Shown here one piece after another: positions 48,952 to 59,226 of a DNA stretch of 64,000 nt. This DNA is from Dictyobacter sp. (lineage in GTDB: Bacteria > Chloroflexota > Ktedonobacteria > Ktedonobacterales > Ktedonobacteraceae), in the NCBI GenBank assembly GCA_035493535.1, contig DATJIE010000035.1, positions 10,053 through 74,052 of the forward strand, read 5' to 3'. Numbering within the stretch: the stretch's first letter is position 1; each line of letters opens with the position of its first letter. The translations under genes and the position numbers were made by a program. The notes beneath the pieces are model-generated. The model was not told where the DNA came from and did not search any database. It saw nothing but the letters and a program-made list of their open reading frames with translations.

Positions 48952-50100
48952 TTACTGTCCCTTTTCTGTGCGTGCTATTGCGGCAACGATCTTCTCAGAT
49001 GCATCGCGCATATCTTTACCCCAGTCCAGTCCAGCATCTTTCAAGATGGCACGTCCTTCTTCCGCACCAGTGCCAGAGAGGCGTACAACGATTGGCATCC
49101 CGGCGGGAAGTTCAGCCTGAGCCAGAATAACGCCTTTCGCCACCTCTTCACCGCGGGTAATGCCACCAAAAATATTGACCAGGATACCCTTGACCTGTGG
49201 GTCTTTCGCGACAAATGTCAGAGACTTGTACATGGTTTCAGCTTTTGCGCCGCCGCCAATGTCCAGAAAGTTCGCGGGTTTGCCGCCAGAGCGGGCTACC
49301 ATGTCGAGCGTTGTCATCACCAGACCCGCTCCATTGCCGATAATGCCCACATCGCCATCCAGTTTGACATAGGTCAGACCGGCCTGTTTGGCTTCATACT
49401 CAAGTGGATTGGCCTCTTCTGGCTCAGCCCAGGTGGCATATTCCTTCTGACGGAAGAGTCCATTGTCATCAATCACGATCTTGCCATCGGCTGCCATGAC
49501 TTTCCCATCATCTGTATAGGCAAGTGGATTGATTTCAGCGAGGTTCGCATCACTTTCGATGAATGCTCTGGCTAATGCGGTTAAGATTGCTGCCGATTGG
49601 CGGAGCACATGGGGCGGGAAACCAGCGGCGGAAACGATATTAAGCGCCTCAAATGGTCGTAATCCCCAATGCATATCAATTGGTTGTTGGATGATTTTTT
49701 CTGGTGTCGTGGCCGCTACTTCCTCGATGTCGATGCCACCAGCGGTCGATACCATAACGACAGGGGCCTGGGTTTTGCGGTCGAGAACAATACCTAGATA
49801 ATATTCCTCTTTGATGTCGATCTTTGCTGTCACCAGCACTTTTTCAACGGTAAGCCCTTTGATATCCATACCGAGTACGCGAGCCGCAGCCGCTTTTGCC
49901 TCGGCAGGCGTATCTCCAAATTGAATACCACCTGCTTTTCCACGTCCCCCAACATATACCTGGGCTTTGATGACAACCGGCACACCAAGTTCACGAGCAA
50001 TCGTTTCAGCTTCTTCGGGTGTATAGGCCACCTTTCCGGGCTGAACAGGCACACCATAACGTGCCAGGATATCCTTAGCCTGATATTCATGAATTTTCAA
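48952..50100 (-). CDS. sucC: Succinyl-CoA synthetase beta subunit
   Basis: MKIHEYQAKD N-terminus, ATP-grasp fold and NIFGGITR motif. Lies 6 nt upstream of sucD. Confidence 0.95.
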   Translation of the reverse strand: MKIHEYQAKDILARYGVPVQPGKVAYTPEEAETIARELGVPVVIKAQVYVGGRGKAGGIQFGDTPAEAKAAAARVLGMDIKGLTVEKVLVTAKIDIKEEYYLGIVLDRKTQAPVVMVSTAGGIDIEEVAATTPEKIIQQPIDMHWGLRPFEALNIVSAAGFPPHVLRQSAAILTALARAFIESDANLAEINPLAYTDDGKVMAADGKIVIDDNGLFRQKEYATWAEPEEANPLEYEAKQAGLTYVKLDGDVGIIGNGAGLVMTTLDMVARSGGKPANFLDIGGGAKAETMYKSLTFVAKDPQVKGILVNIFGGITRGEEVAKGVILAQAELPAGMPIVVRLSGTGAEEGRAILKDAGLDWGKDMRDASEKIVAAIARTEKGQ

Positions 50101-50276
50101 AATATATTGCTCCTTGTGATTTATACACTACTCCGTTGTAATGTATTCACTGATTTTCAATAGAATTAGATCAGGTTCGTAAGATTTTTGGAGAATCATG
50201 ATATTGTTTGTCCAATCTCCGTTCTCTTATCGTTCCCGTGCAATTCTTTCGAGCACCTGTTTTGTTGCTAATTTTC

Positions 50277-50305
50277 ATTATATGACTCGACTGCGGGGCA
50301 GTCAA
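50277..50305 (-). promoter_or_regulatory. Sigma-70-type promoter candidate for sucCD
   Basis: Minus strand reads TTGACT - 17 nt - TATAAT. This implies a ~170-nt 5' UTR. The palindrome GACTGC-GGG-GCAGTC overlaps the -35/spacer. Confidence 0.45.
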
Positions 50306-50558
50306 TGAAAAAAAACAGTTCCCCTGCCAATTGCTGAGTTTTCTTGCCTTTTGTATGTTAATGAGAATGAGCGGGTAAAATAGAAATTATAGCAAAAGCA
50401 ATAAAAGATGTTTAGATGTGCGTCGCTATTGATTGCTGTTCTTTGGGGGGGCATGCGAAATGCGTTGTTTGTGGTGATGGTGGGTGGAGCACGTAGTCAA
50501 ACAGGGGATAGTATTGCTCAGACTATCCCCTGTCAATTTGTGGTATGGTAACGAGTTC

Positions 50559-51920
50559 CTAGCCGCGAATGAAGGCCAGGACTTCATCCCGTTTCTGCTC
50601 AAGCAGTGTTGGATTTTTGGCTTCCAGATTCATGCGTAACATGGGTTCAGTATTGGAAGGGCGGACATTAAACCACCAGTCACCGAAATCAAACGTGAGG
50701 CCATCCATGTCATCGACTGATGTGGCCTGTTTGCCATATTGTTCGCGTAGAGCCTGTAGTTTGCTTTTTGCGTCTGCGACCTCACTATTGATCTCACCAC
50801 TGCGAATCCAGTTATCGAGCGGTTTGATGATCTCAGAGAGTGGCTTATCCTCGATTGAGATCAACTCCAGCATGATGAGTAGCGCGATCAGGCCAGAGTC
50901 AGCGAACCAGTTATCACGGAAGTAGAAGTGACCGGAGTGTTCGCCACCAAAGATGCCATTCACACGGCGCATATCTGCTTTGATGAACGAGTGACCAACA
51001 CGGGTTTTGACCGCTGTTCCACCCAGTTTCTCGACGATTTCAGGAACGCTTTTCGAGACAATCAGATTGTACAGGATTGTGGAGCCTGGCTGCTTGTGCA
51101 GGAGACTATTGGCAACCATCTCGGTGACCTGTGAACCATCGACGAGATCACCATGTTCATCAACCGGGAACATACGGTCGGCGTCACCATCGAAGGCTGC
51201 GCCAACGTCTGCGCCAACTTCACGAACCTTTTTTTGTACGTCAACCATATTTTCAGGCTCAATTGGACTTGCGGGGTGATTAGGGAATGAGCCATCGAGA
51301 TCGAAGTACAGTGGCACCAGTTCGCAGGGCAGTTGTTCGAAGACGCGTGGCATTATCAAGCCAGCCATACCATTGCCTGCATCAACGACGACCTTCAACG
51401 GTTTGAGCTTTTTGACGTCGATAAACGATAATGCATGCTTGATATAGTCATCAATCACATCACGCTGGACACGTTTACCTTTCCCTTTGGGTTCAGCAAA
51501 ATTGCCGCTAATCGCCAGATCGCGGATATCAGCCAATCCGGTATCCTTACTGATAGGCGCAGCCTGAGCGCGACAGAATTTGATACCATTATATTTAGCG
51601 GGATTGTGCGAAGCGGTTACCATTGCACCAGCAGGGAAATCGAATTTGCCAACGGCGAAATAAAGGCCATCTGTGGTAATCATACCCAGATCAACAACAT
51701 CGACACCTTGATCCGTGATGCCACGAATTAAAGCATCAGCAATTTGTGGTGACGAGACACGCATATCACGTCCAACCGCAATCTGGTTGACCGCAAGGTA
51801 TTGTGCGGTGGCACGTCCGATCAGGTAAGCAACATTCTCGTCCAGGGTTTGACCATAGACGCCGCGTACATCATACGCACCAAAGATCTTTGGATCAACG
51901 CTGGTTGTCATAGTAAGCAC
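50559..51920 (-). CDS. Phosphomannomutase/phosphoglucomutase (alpha-D-phosphohexomutase family)
   Basis: Phosphoserine loop TASHNPAKYNG, Mg site FDGDADR and sugar loop GGEHSGH. Confidence 0.9.
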   Translation of the reverse strand: MLTMTTSVDPKIFGAYDVRGVYGQTLDENVAYLIGRATAQYLAVNQIAVGRDMRVSSPQIADALIRGITDQGVDVVDLGMITTDGLYFAVGKFDFPAGAMVTASHNPAKYNGIKFCRAQAAPISKDTGLADIRDLAISGNFAEPKGKGKRVQRDVIDDYIKHALSFIDVKKLKPLKVVVDAGNGMAGLIMPRVFEQLPCELVPLYFDLDGSFPNHPASPIEPENMVDVQKKVREVGADVGAAFDGDADRMFPVDEHGDLVDGSQVTEMVANSLLHKQPGSTILYNLIVSKSVPEIVEKLGGTAVKTRVGHSFIKADMRRVNGIFGGEHSGHFYFRDNWFADSGLIALLIMLELISIEDKPLSEIIKPLDNWIRSGEINSEVADAKSKLQALREQYGKQATSVDDMDGLTFDFGDWWFNVRPSNTEPMLRMNLEAKNPTLLEQKRDEVLAFIRG

Positions 51921-51987
51921 GAATGGGCCAGTTCATGACATGCTCTATCATGAAGAGATGACCCAACTCCTTTCTTATAGTTGCACA

Positions 51988-52551
51988 TTACTCTGTGCGT
52001 GGCTTCCATATTTCCAGTAGCAGCCAGGGATCGCCTGAGCTACGGGGATCGTAAATCTGTCCGACTTCCGTAAAGCCCGATCTCAGAAAAGCGCGTCGAG
52101 ATGGGTGATTGGCGACTGCTGTTTCTGCATAGACACGACGGATACCAGGAATAGTCAATAGATACTGCACGATTGTACGGATTGCTTCTGAGCCATAGCC
52201 GTGGCCCCAGCGTGTTTTGTTTCCGATACCCAGACCCACCTCGACCTGTCCTAAATACTGATCAAAGTTGAAGTAGGTGATAGTGCCAATAGGTGTATGT
52301 GTCTCATCTTCAATAATAAACCAGAATTGGCGTCCGTTTCCCTGGACATAGCTACGCTTGAATGCAGGGAGAAAATCTTCCATAGTATGTGAATAGGGAC
52401 GATGGATGTCATAACGCCAGACTTCATCGTCGCGTTCCCAATGGAAGACATATTCAGCATCGCGCATTTCAGGACGGCGCAGGCGGACCCGCTTACCGTT
52501 CAGCAGTGTCTTATGTTCTATTTGCTTTTGATCACGTTGTATTTCTGTCAT
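51988..52551 (-). CDS. GNAT-family N-acetyltransferase (RimJ/RimL-like)
   Basis: RWGHGYGSEAIRTIVQY motif A. ATGA start/stop overlap with deoB. Confidence 0.8.
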   Translation of the reverse strand: MTEIQRDQKQIEHKTLLNGKRVRLRRPEMRDAEYVFHWERDDEVWRYDIHRPYSHTMEDFLPAFKRSYVQGNGRQFWFIIEDETHTPIGTITYFNFDQYLGQVEVGLGIGNKTRWGHGYGSEAIRTIVQYLLTIPGIRRVYAETAVANHPSRRAFLRSGFTEVGQIYDPRSSGDPWLLLEIWKPRTE

Positions 52552-53729
52552 ACTAACCCCAATACACGTGCGAAACTTGTACCAGCCTCTAGTGCTTCAA
52601 CGGCGAATGCTTCAGCGAGGGTTTGACCCAGATCGGCAAAAGTTGAGCGTACACCAAGATCCAGACCTGGGTGAATCGTCTCACCGTAAGCCAGGAATGG
52701 GACACATTCTCGTGTATGATCTGTTCCCCGATAGGTGGGATCGACCCCATGATCAGCAGTGAAGAATAGCGCATCCCCTGGTCGCATCCGTTGTTGGAGC
52801 TGAGGAACCCAGTTATCAACATCACGGAGGGCCTGTGCATATCCCTGGCTATCACGGCGATGCCCCCATAACATATCGAATTCTACCAGATTGACAAAGA
52901 GCAGACCGTTGAAGTCCTGCTCAAGCCAGTGGAGTGTTGCAGCCATTCCGTCCTGATTGGTTTCGGTATGATCTCTCTGTGTCAGCCCACGACCGGAGAA
53001 AAGATCATCGATTTTACCAATACCAATGACATCTTTGCCTGCTGCGTGCAAACGGTCTAATAGCGTAATTCCAACTGGTGCTAATGAGAAGTCGCGCCGA
53101 TGTTCTGTGCGACGGAATAAGCCCGGTGTTCCGATAAATGGACGAGCAATAACGCGACCAACTGCGTGATCGCCTGTAAGCATAGTACGTGCGATCTCGC
53201 AAATACGATACAGTTCTTGCAGTGGAATGACCTCTTGATGGGCGGCGACCTGAAAAACGCTATCGGCTGATGTGTAGAGTATAGGTGCGCCTGTACGCAG
53301 GTGTTGTTCGCCTAGCTCTGCGATGATTTCCGTACCCGATGCTGCCTTATTGCCAATGACTTTACGACCGATAGCTTGCTCAAATGCGGACACGACCTCA
53401 GGTGGAAATCCATGTGGGTAGGTTGGCAATGGTTTTTTGAGCACAACACCGCTCATTTCCCAGTGACCTGTTGTGCTATCCTTGCCAGCGGCACTGGAGG
53501 CTAAGCGACCATATGCACCGATTGGCTGGGACTGTGGTGGTGTGCCCAGAATCGGAGTAATATTGCCAATGCCCAGATGCCCAAGCTGTGGTAATTTCAG
53601 GCCCCCGATGGCTTGTGCGCAATGCTCAAGCGAGCTGGCTCCTTCGTCTCCGTATGCTCGTGCGTCCGGATTTTCTCCTGCGCCCACGCCATCCAGAACG
53701 ATCAGGATGGCGCGTTGTAGTTGTGTCAT
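52548..53729 (-). CDS. deoB: Phosphopentomutase
   Basis: N-terminal metal site LIVLDGVGAG and distal FTADHGVDP, in a typical ~390-aa DeoB layout. Confidence 0.92.
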   Translation of the reverse strand: MTQLQRAILIVLDGVGAGENPDARAYGDEGASSLEHCAQAIGGLKLPQLGHLGIGNITPILGTPPQSQPIGAYGRLASSAAGKDSTTGHWEMSGVVLKKPLPTYPHGFPPEVVSAFEQAIGRKVIGNKAASGTEIIAELGEQHLRTGAPILYTSADSVFQVAAHQEVIPLQELYRICEIARTMLTGDHAVGRVIARPFIGTPGLFRRTEHRRDFSLAPVGITLLDRLHAAGKDVIGIGKIDDLFSGRGLTQRDHTETNQDGMAATLHWLEQDFNGLLFVNLVEFDMLWGHRRDSQGYAQALRDVDNWVPQLQQRMRPGDALFFTADHGVDPTYRGTDHTRECVPFLAYGETIHPGLDLGVRSTFADLGQTLAEAFAVEALEAGTSFARVLGLV

Positions 53730-53731
53730 TC

Positions 53732-54934
53732 CTATATCCTTGTTATATCCAATCTTGGATAGACCTGTAATGGTTCGCCAATGAGTGGCAACGCGTAATC
53801 ATAGAAGGCTTGCGTTACCATCGTTTTTTCTTCATTTAAGTACTCGGTAGGCATCAGGCGTTGTACGTTCGCGACTTTTTCTAGATCGACGAGATCAGTT
53901 GTGCAATGATATTCTGGTTCTGTCTGTCGTACCAGCGTAATCATTTTATCACTTTCTCCGTCCAGCAGTGCGCTGACTCCGCTGGCCCCAACGAGATATG
54001 CCTCATGGCGATCCGTGGTGGATACGCTGGCGGATGACATTCTCTGTAAATCGCCCGGTTTGTCAAAGCGTGCGCGCAGTTTGAGTTCGCGTTTGACGAG
54101 TTCGACAAGATATTGCGCTGCCCCACTGAGTAATGGGTGATTGAACGCATCGACACCTGCCTGGCCTGCTGATCCCAGCGCGGTCCCTTCCGGTGTGCGA
54201 ATTGTTTCTGCCGCCACGATAATCACATGACCGATGCGGCGATAGATTGCTTCAACCTGTGCCAGAAATTGCTCTTCGACAAACGGCTTTTCTGGTAACA
54301 GAAGCAGATGAGGTGCATCATCTTCATGCTGTTTGCCCAGCGCAGCGGAGGCGGTGAGCCAGCCTGCATCACGACCCATTGTCTCAATGACTTTGACGGG
54401 ATAATGCCAGGGCATAGAGAGTGTATTCTGTGTTGAATCCTGGGTTGCCAGCGCAAGGAAGCGAGCTGCACTGCCATAGCCTGGACAATGATCAGTGAAT
54501 GGAAGATCGTTATCAATTGTTTTTGGCACGCTGATCACAAATAATTCAAAGTTAGCATCACGCGCAGCCTGAGCCAGACGATGAGCCGTATCGGCTGAGT
54601 CATTACCGCCGATGTAGAGCATATAGTGAATAGCATAGCGCTTGAAAATTTCGATGATACGTTCCGGGTCTTGTTCCTGTAGTTTGTAGCGGCAGGCACC
54701 CAGCGCAGCGGATGGAGTATAAAGAAGCTGTTGCCAGATTGTTGCTGGTTGTTGGCGTAGATCAATGATATGTTCAGCGAGTAATCCCTGAATACCATTC
54801 TGCATGCCATAGATACCGGTGATCCGATGTTCTTTGAGTGCGGTCTCTACCGCGCCCACCAGACTGGCATTGATAACAGCCGTGGCTCCTCCAGATTGTC
54901 CGATAATCAAGTTCCCTGGTAGTTGTGGAGACAA
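53732..54934 (-). CDS. pfp: Pyrophosphate-dependent 6-phosphofructokinase
   Basis: PFK fold (IGQSGGATAVINAS). GGNDS replaces GGDGS and PKTIDND replaces PGTIDND. These Asp and Lys substitutions are the classical PPi-specificity markers. Confidence 0.88.
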   Translation of the reverse strand: MSPQLPGNLIIGQSGGATAVINASLVGAVETALKEHRITGIYGMQNGIQGLLAEHIIDLRQQPATIWQQLLYTPSAALGACRYKLQEQDPERIIEIFKRYAIHYMLYIGGNDSADTAHRLAQAARDANFELFVISVPKTIDNDLPFTDHCPGYGSAARFLALATQDSTQNTLSMPWHYPVKVIETMGRDAGWLTASAALGKQHEDDAPHLLLLPEKPFVEEQFLAQVEAIYRRIGHVIIVAAETIRTPEGTALGSAGQAGVDAFNHPLLSGAAQYLVELVKRELKLRARFDKPGDLQRMSSASVSTTDRHEAYLVGASGVSALLDGESDKMITLVRQTEPEYHCTTDLVDLEKVANVQRLMPTEYLNEEKTMVTQAFYDYALPLIGEPLQVYPRLDITRI

Positions 54935-55391
54935 GAAATGACCTCCGATTAGTGTTGTGCTATATCCTGTTCTCTGCTCGTACGCAGCACAATGCCCGCA
55001 CGATACATTTGAAAAGTAGAGAAGATATAACTAGAGTTATTATAGCAATAACCCCATACTGAGTCGAGCACGAATGTTGGTGGATATCTTATGAAATTTC
55101 AAGAACAGATGAGGATTTTTCATGACATGTGTAGCAATTATCCAATTCGCATAGAGCATATTTGTGAGCCATAAAGAAATAATCGGGAGCGTTATGGGTA
55201 AAATACTGCATACCCAGTTTTTTTGTTAATATAAGTTGATATGTGTCTATGTGTATTTTAAGAGTATTTCAGAGGTGAATCGCGAGAGCAGAAAAGCGCG
55301 ATCGTTAGCGAGTGGCGCTTTCCACTGATTTGAGCGTTGCCTGATTAAACTGATATTTAGTAGTTAGCCGAAAAGATTGTTGCGAGTTGTT

Positions 55392-56153
55392 TTAGATCTG
55401 ATAGTCCATTTCCCAGCTTTCACTGTTCCAACCCTGTGTCAACTCTTGATGTTTTTCAAGCGTCTCGCCACTTTTTACCAGGAGTTCTGCTGGTTTTGCG
55501 GCAACGACAGAATTTGGGAGCACTGATTCTAAAACAAGTGTCATCGCACCAATACGGCTGCCTTTACCGATGGTGATGGGGCCAAGAATGGCTGCTCCAA
55601 CGCCAATCGAGACATCATCCTCAATTGTTGGGTGTCGTTTTTGTTTGCGGCCTGGACTTGGACGCCACCAGCCTGTAGCTCCCAACGTTACCTGATGATA
55701 GAGCATCACATTATCGCCAATGACTGTAGTTTCACCGATAACCACTCCCGCTCCATGATCAATGAAAAAGCGTTTCCCGATTTGTGCACCTGGATGTATC
55801 TCAATGCCGCCTGTGATAATGCGTGCGAACTGGGATATGATGCGTGGAAGTAATGGTACACGTGCGTTATAGAGTGAGTGCGCGACACGATGAAACAATA
55901 TTGCCCATAAGCCTTGATAGAGCAGGGCTTCAAAAATGTTTTTACACGCGGGATCTTTCTCAAAGATTACATCTATGGCATCAGGCCAGATGGTTTTCCG
56001 ACGTGGAGTGCGGCTTGGTGCGGGAATGAAAACGCCTGGTGGCAATTCTGGTAGCGTTGAAAGATCAGCTTCTGCTTGCAGAACTGACTCCTGTGTTGGC
56101 GTGCTTTCTGGATCACCTGTTCCACCGGAAACATTGTGCGGTCCCTGTGACAT
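55392..56153 (-). CDS. cysE: Serine O-acetyltransferase
   Basis: Left-handed beta-helix hexapeptide repeats with [22 protein letters not shown] 56153 with an AAGGA SD is preferred over TTG 56180. Confidence 0.88.
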   Translation of the reverse strand: MSQGPHNVSGGTGDPESTPTQESVLQAEADLSTLPELPPGVFIPAPSRTPRRKTIWPDAIDVIFEKDPACKNIFEALLYQGLWAILFHRVAHSLYNARVPLLPRIISQFARIITGGIEIHPGAQIGKRFFIDHGAGVVIGETTVIGDNVMLYHQVTLGATGWWRPSPGRKQKRHPTIEDDVSIGVGAAILGPITIGKGSRIGAMTLVLESVLPNSVVAAKPAELLVKSGETLEKHQELTQGWNSESWEMDYQI

Positions 56154-56229
56154 ACCTGGTCGTATCCTTTTCTCTCGCAAGTTTCTATGACCTGAGATAG
56201 TGTGTCGTTATAGATCTTGTTCTCTTTGG

Positions 56230-56258
56230 AGTGTAGGACAGTGGCATCTGCTTGTCAA
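56230..56258 (-). promoter_or_regulatory. Sigma-70-type promoter candidate for cysE
   Basis: Minus strand reads TTGACA - 17 nt - TACACT. Confidence 0.4.
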
Positions 56259-56416
56259 GAGTGCCCCATTATTGATAATGCTGAGCAGGTGAGGATGCCT
56301 TTTTTCTGGGTATCAGTAAAGTACTGGAGAAATGGCTCAGGAAACAGCACTGCGGCTGGTGGTACATGCGTATATACGGATCAGAGAATGAGAACAAAAA
56401 AATCGTAATTTGGGTA

Positions 56417-56445
56417 TTGACAATAGTGAGAGCCTCGGCTATAAT
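56417..56445 (+). promoter_or_regulatory. Consensus sigma-70 promoter of tRNA-His
   Basis: Perfect TTGACA - 17 nt - TATAAT, ending 25 nt before the tRNA 5' end. Confidence 0.6.
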
Positions 56446-56470
56446 GCTGGTGTGTTGAGAAACACCACAT

Positions 56471-56544
56471 GGTGATCGTAGCTCAACAGGCAGAGCTCTG
56501 GTTTGTGGCACCAGCGGTTGTGGGTTCGAGCCCCATCGATCACC
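56471..56544 (+). tRNA. tRNA-His (anticodon GTG)
   Basis: Hand-folded cloverleaf. Acceptor GTGATCG/CGATCAC, D stem GCTC/GAGC, anticodon stem CTGGT/ACCAG with loop TTGTGGC, T arm GTGGG-TTCGAGC-CCCAT. Encoded G-1 pairs with discriminator C. The 3' flank is CCT, so CCA is not fully encoded. Confidence 0.93.
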
Positions 56545-56547
56545 CCT

Positions 56548-56587
56548 GGCGATATCGTAGATTTGCGGTATCGCCTTTTTTTATTTT
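56548..56587 (+). terminator. Rho-independent terminator of tRNA-His
   Basis: 10-bp stem GGCGATATCG / CGGTATCGCC followed by TTTTTTTATTTT. Confidence 0.75.
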
Positions 56588-56671
56588 CTGATGATAAAGA
56601 ATGAGAAAAATAGCAGAAGCCGAACTCAGATTATCGAGTCCGGCTTCTTTCATGACGAAATAGTGGGTGAG

Positions 56672-57472
56672 TTAGAGTTGCCCTTGACGACTATCACGCC
56701 AACTCACAAGCTTTTTCACTGCATCATAATCGAATGGATAGGTCATACCAACGATCAAATGTGTTGTACCAGCTTTAACATATGAGTCACGAATTTCGTC
56801 GGTATCTTCAATATTGGTGCCTGCTGACCGTTCGATCTCGTTGGGATCGCGTCCTTCTTTTGCGCACCAGTCATTCAATACTTGAACTTTATGTGCCAAC
56901 GTCTCCGCATTCCCGAAACCATGCCAGATATCAGCATATTTGGCTGCCAGACGTAAAGTTTTCTTTTCCCCACCACCGCCAATAAGGATCGGTATTGTGC
57001 CATTGATAGGCTTTGGTATATCTACTTCCCAGTGTTGTTTGATGATGGGGAGGGATTCTTCTAATGACGCGAGACGACTACCAGCGGTGCCAAATTCGTA
57101 ACCAAATTCATCATAGTCGCGCTGATTCCAACCCGCGCCAATGCCAAGAATGAGGCGGCCATTACTGATATGGTCAACCGTTTTTGCCATGTTAGAGATC
57201 AGAGCGGCGGAACGATACCCGTTACAGGTTACCAGACAACCAACTTGCGCACGTGTCGTTAAGGTTGCCATTGCTGATAGTAGTGTCCAGCCCTCATAGT
57301 TGCTTCCCTGTGGATCGCCAGAGAGTGGAAAGAAGTGGTCCCAGTTCCAGATACTATCAACGCCGAGATCCTCGATACGGCGCACCGCGTCAGCATATTG
57401 CGGGTATGTCACATGTTGCGGCTGTATTTGTACACCAACTTTTAATGGATACTTGCCTGTTTGTCGGGTCAC
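56672..57472 (-). CDS. Luciferase-like monooxygenase (LLM) class oxidoreductase, possibly F420-dependent
   Basis: TIM-barrel LLM pattern: DSIWNWDHF, LILGIGAGWNQRDYDEFGYEF, PILIGGGGEKKTLRLAAKYAD. Confidence 0.85.
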   Translation of the reverse strand: MTRQTGKYPLKVGVQIQPQHVTYPQYADAVRRIEDLGVDSIWNWDHFFPLSGDPQGSNYEGWTLLSAMATLTTRAQVGCLVTCNGYRSAALISNMAKTVDHISNGRLILGIGAGWNQRDYDEFGYEFGTAGSRLASLEESLPIIKQHWEVDIPKPINGTIPILIGGGGEKKTLRLAAKYADIWHGFGNAETLAHKVQVLNDWCAKEGRDPNEIERSAGTNIEDTDEIRDSYVKAGTTHLIVGMTYPFDYDAVKKLVSWRDSRQGQL

Positions 57473-57871
57473 GAGTGAATATCCTTTCTGTTGTCGACGG
57501 CTGGTGACGTAGATGTCATATACATATTGTCATGTTTGCTTATATGATGCAAGGGAAGATTTCCTGTCTGTATCAGTAAAGATTGTTATGCATGGAACTA
57601 TAAGATGATAGATATTCTTGTATTTGTTGTGTGAAATGTGAATATCTCATCCATATCAGGAATGTTTTTTGTATAGCCAGATAGTGTGCAGGAGAATTTG
57701 GAGGGGAATGGGAACAAAAAGAAAGCAAGATTCGTCTATTCTTCGCACGGTGCCTGTTTGTTGTTGAGTTGATGGAGAGGTCCGTGATGGAGATTAGTGT
57801 GCTGAAAGATCCTGGGGTGTGAACGTTAGTTGGTTGGTTTCTCCAGTGAATAAAAAGGATGGGATATTCTT

Positions 57872-58117
57872 ATGGATGCGATCATTGGGCGTTATCGTGC
57901 GCGTGTTGAGGAATGTGGTTTGATCCTGAAGCATACGGCTGGCATTAATTTTGATTTGACTCCTGATGAGACGCTTGGCCTGTTTGAGTTTATCCATGCG
58001 TATCATCAGACACTATTAACGTTACAGGAGCAGGGGGATGACACAGAGACGGTCCAGAGGGTGACAGGGCAGGAGCCTGAACTGTTGCAACGGATCAGAC
58101 CTGTGCAGGGGGGATAG
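57872..58117 (+). CDS. Hypothetical small protein (81 aa)
   Basis: ATG with an AAGGA SD 13 nt upstream. Composition is not low-complexity. No family recognised. Lies between two LLM genes. Confidence 0.35.
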   Translation: MDAIIGRYRARVEECGLILKHTAGINFDLTPDETLGLFEFIHAYHQTLLTLQEQGDDTETVQRVTGQEPELLQRIRPVQGG

Positions 58118-58308
58118 TAATTGGCTTTCAGGTAGAATTTCTTCTTTTTCTCAGAATAGACAGAGATGAATGCTGACCCCGCCTCATGTTATGGATTGGT
58201 GATGTCTCACGAAAGAGGGTCAGTATGTGCTATGGTTAAGGGAGCGCTTTTATCATCGTTGCCTGGATGCATGGTGTCTATACTACTTGTTTTCTGGAAG
58301 GAGAAGAG

Positions 58309-59196
58309 ATGGCAACTGCTGATTTTGGTTTGATGATGCGGCAGAACGATCCTCATTATTCGCTGCCTGAACTGATGGAGTTTAATCGTCGGTGTATTGA
58401 AACAGCGACGTCCGGTTTTAGCACTATCTGGTTGGAAGATCACGTACAGGTGGGTGATACGGATGCTCTGGAGTGTCTGACGACACTGAGTTATCTGGCT
58501 GCGGCTTATCCACAGTTCCATATTGGTTCACTTGTGCTTTCACAGTCCTATCGCAATCCTGCTCTGTTGGCGAAGATGGCTGCTAATTTACAGTCAATTA
58601 CAGGGGGAAGGCTGATTCTCGGAGTTGGGGCGGGCTGGAAGGAAGAAGAATATCACTCCTATAATTATCCGTTCCCCACCATCAAGACGCGTATGGAAGA
58701 GCTGGCAGAGACAGTACAGATATTACGTACGATGTGGAGTAAGCAGCAGCCCGCAACGTTCATTGGTCAGCACTATCAGGTCCGTGATGCGTATTGTGCT
58801 CCTCAGCCTGAGACACCAATCCCCGTGCTTATCGGTGGAGGTGGAGAGAAGCGTACACTGGCTGTTGTTGCTCGCCATGCCGATTGGTGGAATTTTAATT
58901 CTTGCCCCGTTGATGAATACGCACGTAAATTAGCCATTCTGCGTCAGCATTGTGAGCAGATCGGGCGTGATCCAGCGGAGATTAAACTCTCTTATTTAAG
59001 TACATTGAGTGTTTCTGAAGATTCCGCGCAGGTGCAGCGCAGTTCAAGCAAGCACTTTATCGCAGGCACACCAGCAGAGGTGATTAGCGAATTAAAACTG
59101 TTCCAGGCTGTTGGTGTCTCACATTTTATGTTCCGCATTCTTGATGTAGAGTCACTGCAACTTTTTGTCTCACATGTTGTGCCGCATTTCCGATAG
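58309..59196 (+). CDS. Luciferase-like monooxygenase (LLM) class oxidoreductase
   Basis: FSTIWLEDH, LILGVGAGWKEEEYHSYNYPF, PVLIGGGGEKRTLAVVARHAD. ATG 58309 with an AAGGAG SD is preferred over 58267. Confidence 0.85.
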   Translation: MATADFGLMMRQNDPHYSLPELMEFNRRCIETATSGFSTIWLEDHVQVGDTDALECLTTLSYLAAAYPQFHIGSLVLSQSYRNPALLAKMAANLQSITGGRLILGVGAGWKEEEYHSYNYPFPTIKTRMEELAETVQILRTMWSKQQPATFIGQHYQVRDAYCAPQPETPIPVLIGGGGEKRTLAVVARHADWWNFNSCPVDEYARKLAILRQHCEQIGRDPAEIKLSYLSTLSVSEDSAQVQRSSSKHFIAGTPAEVISELKLFQAVGVSHFMFRILDVESLQLFVSHVVPHFR

Positions 59197-59226
59197 CAAA
59201 GTATGATATAGCAAGTGAGAGAGTCC

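Noticed and set aside
56471-59200. A genomic island integrated at tRNA-His.
   Set aside because: There is no integrase or recombinase, and I noticed no direct repeat of the tRNA 3' end downstream. The flanking genes are ordinary oxidoreductases.
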